DNA from: an uncultured Bacilli bacterium
GTDB taxonomy: Bacteria > Bacillota_I > Bacilli_A > RF39 > UBA660
Reading direction: 5' to 3'
Assembly (NCBI GenBank): GCA_944329395.1
Contig: CALVIF010000003.1
Coordinates: 1-37,070 of the forward strand
DNA length: 37,070 bases
Shown: piece by piece, positions 34,996-37,070 of the stretch
How positions within the stretch are numbered: position 1 is the first letter of the stretch
Layout: each line of letters begins with the position of its first letter
The notes under the pieces: model-generated
Database searches by the model: none
What the model was told of the DNA's origin: nothing
Seen by the model: only the letters and a program-made list of their open reading frames with translations
Made by a program: the position numbers and the translations under genes

Positions 34996-36429
34996 ATGGT
35001 AAATGAAAAAAATAGTGATAAAATAAAAGTAAAATATAATCTTAATGATTTTAGAAAAGACTTTAATCAATTATTTCCAAAATTTTATTTAAGAATACGA
35101 GATAACGAGGAAGAAAGTTGTGAAGAAAAATGTGATATCGCTTATTATGATGGTAATAAAGCTTTTACAGTATCACAATCTCAAGATTCTGATGAATATA
35201 TATTGATAGGGTTTCCAATAAATACTTATAAATGTAATACTTCTGCAGTTACAAAAGATTCAGATAAAACTTTGCTAGATAATTTGATTTCTATTTGTGA
35301 AAAAATGGAACAATTCTTCGATTTTATTATGCCTGAAATAAAATATGAATTTGCTACTTCTGTATTAAAAAATAATAATTTTGATAAGGACAGATTTGTA
35401 AATTTTGAAAAAGATATTAATTTAATTAATTCAAACATTCTTTTTAAAAGAGACGATGATAATTGTAAGTATACTTTTGATAAATTTAATGGAGTTTCGG
35501 ATATAATAAAGGTTCAGTATAGTTTTATAAAAAATATTAGGTTGACTAATGGTAAAGCAATGCAAAATTCAATCAAGAAAGTGGAGTTTAATGAATTTAA
35601 AGTAATTGCTAAAAAATCCAATATTTCTATAGAAAATATAACTGATTTAAAAGATAAAAACTCTTTTATAAATACTGTAAAAGATGCGATAAATTCATAT
35701 AAAGGAAAAGACCAATTAGAAAAAAAATACCAACATCAATTTCTATTGTATGGTAATATGACTAATTTGTTTTCTGATTATAAGTGTAATATTTTACCAT
35801 TTGAACAAGAATATTATATAATTGAAAAATCAAAAAGTAAATATAATGGAAGAATAGATTGTATTTTTTATGGATATAAAAAAACTCTATTAACGGATAT
35901 ATTTTTAATAGAAATTAAAGTAGACGATGGTGTACTTGGATTAGGTAATGGTATCCATAAACATTTAATTGATATATATTACTTAAAAGATAACTATTTT
36001 AATTGTGAAGCTGATAATTATGGAAAAAAATTTTTTGAAAATCTAACAAATAGAATTAATATAAGACGAGAAGCACTAGGAGATACTAAGTTAATTATAA
36101 GTCAACAATTGAAAATTCATTTTTATACAGTTATTGGGGTAAGTGATATTACTAAAAAAGAATCTGTTAATTTATATTTAGATAATTTAAATAATAAAAA
36201 AAGTGATGAATATAAAGGTGTAATTAATCAAATAGAAGAATATTATTTAAATGATATTCTTCCATTAAAAGAATATTTTGAAGAATTAAATGGAAAACAA
36301 TATTTTAATTTATTAGATAAGGATTTTGATATAAAATTATATGTGTCTGAAAATTTTTGGAATTGTAAGAATGAAAAATTTAATCAAACATATATAAACA
36401 AAACTGGAGAATATTTTTATAATGAATAA
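34996..36429 (+). CDS. Putative PD-(D/E)XK nuclease
   Basis: EKKYQH...FEQEY...GRIDCIF...IFLIEIK: the E / D / ExK motif order of restriction-like nucleases. Confidence 0.65.
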   Translation: MVNEKNSDKIKVKYNLNDFRKDFNQLFPKFYLRIRDNEEESCEEKCDIAYYDGNKAFTVSQSQDSDEYILIGFPINTYKCNTSAVTKDSDKTLLDNLISICEKMEQFFDFIMPEIKYEFATSVLKNNNFDKDRFVNFEKDINLINSNILFKRDDDNCKYTFDKFNGVSDIIKVQYSFIKNIRLTNGKAMQNSIKKVEFNEFKVIAKKSNISIENITDLKDKNSFINTVKDAINSYKGKDQLEKKYQHQFLLYGNMTNLFSDYKCNILPFEQEYYIIEKSKSKYNGRIDCIFYGYKKTLLTDIFLIEIKVDDGVLGLGNGIHKHLIDIYYLKDNYFNCEADNYGKKFFENLTNRINIRREALGDTKLIISQQLKIHFYTVIGVSDITKKESVNLYLDNLNNKKSDEYKGVINQIEEYYLNDILPLKEYFEELNGKQYFNLLDKDFDIKLYVSENFWNCKNEKFNQTYINKTGEYFYNE

Positions 36430-36994
36430 AGCTAAAAAGAATGTAGTTATAGTAGGTTTTGAAAATGAAGAAAAAAGATGTATTAGCTATCCATACATAG
36501 AAAATAGTGTTGTTCATTATTGTGATACTATTTCAGAAGCAATTAAGTATCAAGGTTATATGATAATTATTAATAATTCTAAAAACATTGATTTAGTTGC
36601 TTTTGATAAGAAATATAGAAAATCATTAAATAAATATGAAAGAATATTAATTTATAATGAAAAACATAATTGGACTTATGATAAATGGTCTAGATTTGAA
36701 AAAGTAGATAGAGGTATTTTTGATGATTATTCATATCAGCTTGGTGAAGAATGGGATAAATATAAGGTTGATAAAGAAAATGAAACACGCAAAAGATATA
36801 ATATTACTAAACAAAAGCAATTAGATAGTTTATATAATTATTTAAAAGAATATAAAACAATAAAAACATCTAAGATAGCTAGTGATTTAAACTTAAGTGA
36901 AAGAACTATTCAAAGATATATGGAAGATATAAATAATATCTATCACAATGTTGGTTATGATTATTCAAATAATGAATGGTATTTTATTTGGTAG
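36422..36994 (+). CDS. Protein with a C-terminal winged HTH domain
   Basis: LYNYLKEYKTIKTSKIASDLNLSERTIQRYMEDIN...GYDYSNNEWYFI (HTH_11/DeoR-like); 8-bp overlap with the upstream gene. Confidence 0.75.
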   Translation: MNKAKKNVVIVGFENEEKRCISYPYIENSVVHYCDTISEAIKYQGYMIIINNSKNIDLVAFDKKYRKSLNKYERILIYNEKHNWTYDKWSRFEKVDRGIFDDYSYQLGEEWDKYKVDKENETRKRYNITKQKQLDSLYNYLKEYKTIKTSKIASDLNLSERTIQRYMEDINNIYHNVGYDYSNNEWYFIW

Positions 36995-37020
36995 TTGAAA
37001 ATGAATAAAGAACATATAAA

Positions 37021-37046
37021 TACAGGGAATTAACTCTGTATTTTTT
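37021..37046 (+). terminator. Terminator after the HTH gene
   Basis: TACAGGG-aattaa-CTCTGTA-TTTTTT. Confidence 0.6.
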
Positions 37047-37070
37047 GTCGTTTAAAATATTTTGTTTTTT

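Overview
A very AT-rich, almost entirely plus-strand chromosomal segment from a low-GC, probably spore-forming Firmicute. It uses the standard code (TGG=Trp, TGA used as stop); the gene content suggests uncultured gut Bacilli such as RF39, which is an inference. In order it contains: a partial Crp/Fnr regulator; a class III ribonucleotide reductase operon whose glycyl-radical motif sits in a separate 53-aa ORF missing from the ORF track; a spoIIAA-sigF-spoVAC/AD/AE sporulation cluster that lacks spoIIAB and the SpoIIAA phospho-serine; scpAB; tRNA-Thr and tRNA-Leu flanking a 2H-phosphoesterase gene; membrane/hypothetical genes; an rRNA methyltransferase and a RluA synthase; a surface-polysaccharide cluster; nifJ (PFOR); a type IV pilin; recG; and a small nuclease/HTH cassette. 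The strongest lead is the type IV prepilin gene (27187-28479). Its 3' end looks like a diversity-generating retroelement variable region (35 consecutive codons with no third-position A), followed by a GC hairpin and what may be a frameshifted Avd start. No template repeat or reverse transcriptase is visible in the window, so it is a candidate remote DGR-diversified pilin. Two unannotated, promoter-driven structured RNAs (about 28675-28815 minus and 34540-34630 plus) share an architecture and carry mutually complementary 9-mers. All family assignments come from motif recognition by eye, not database searches.
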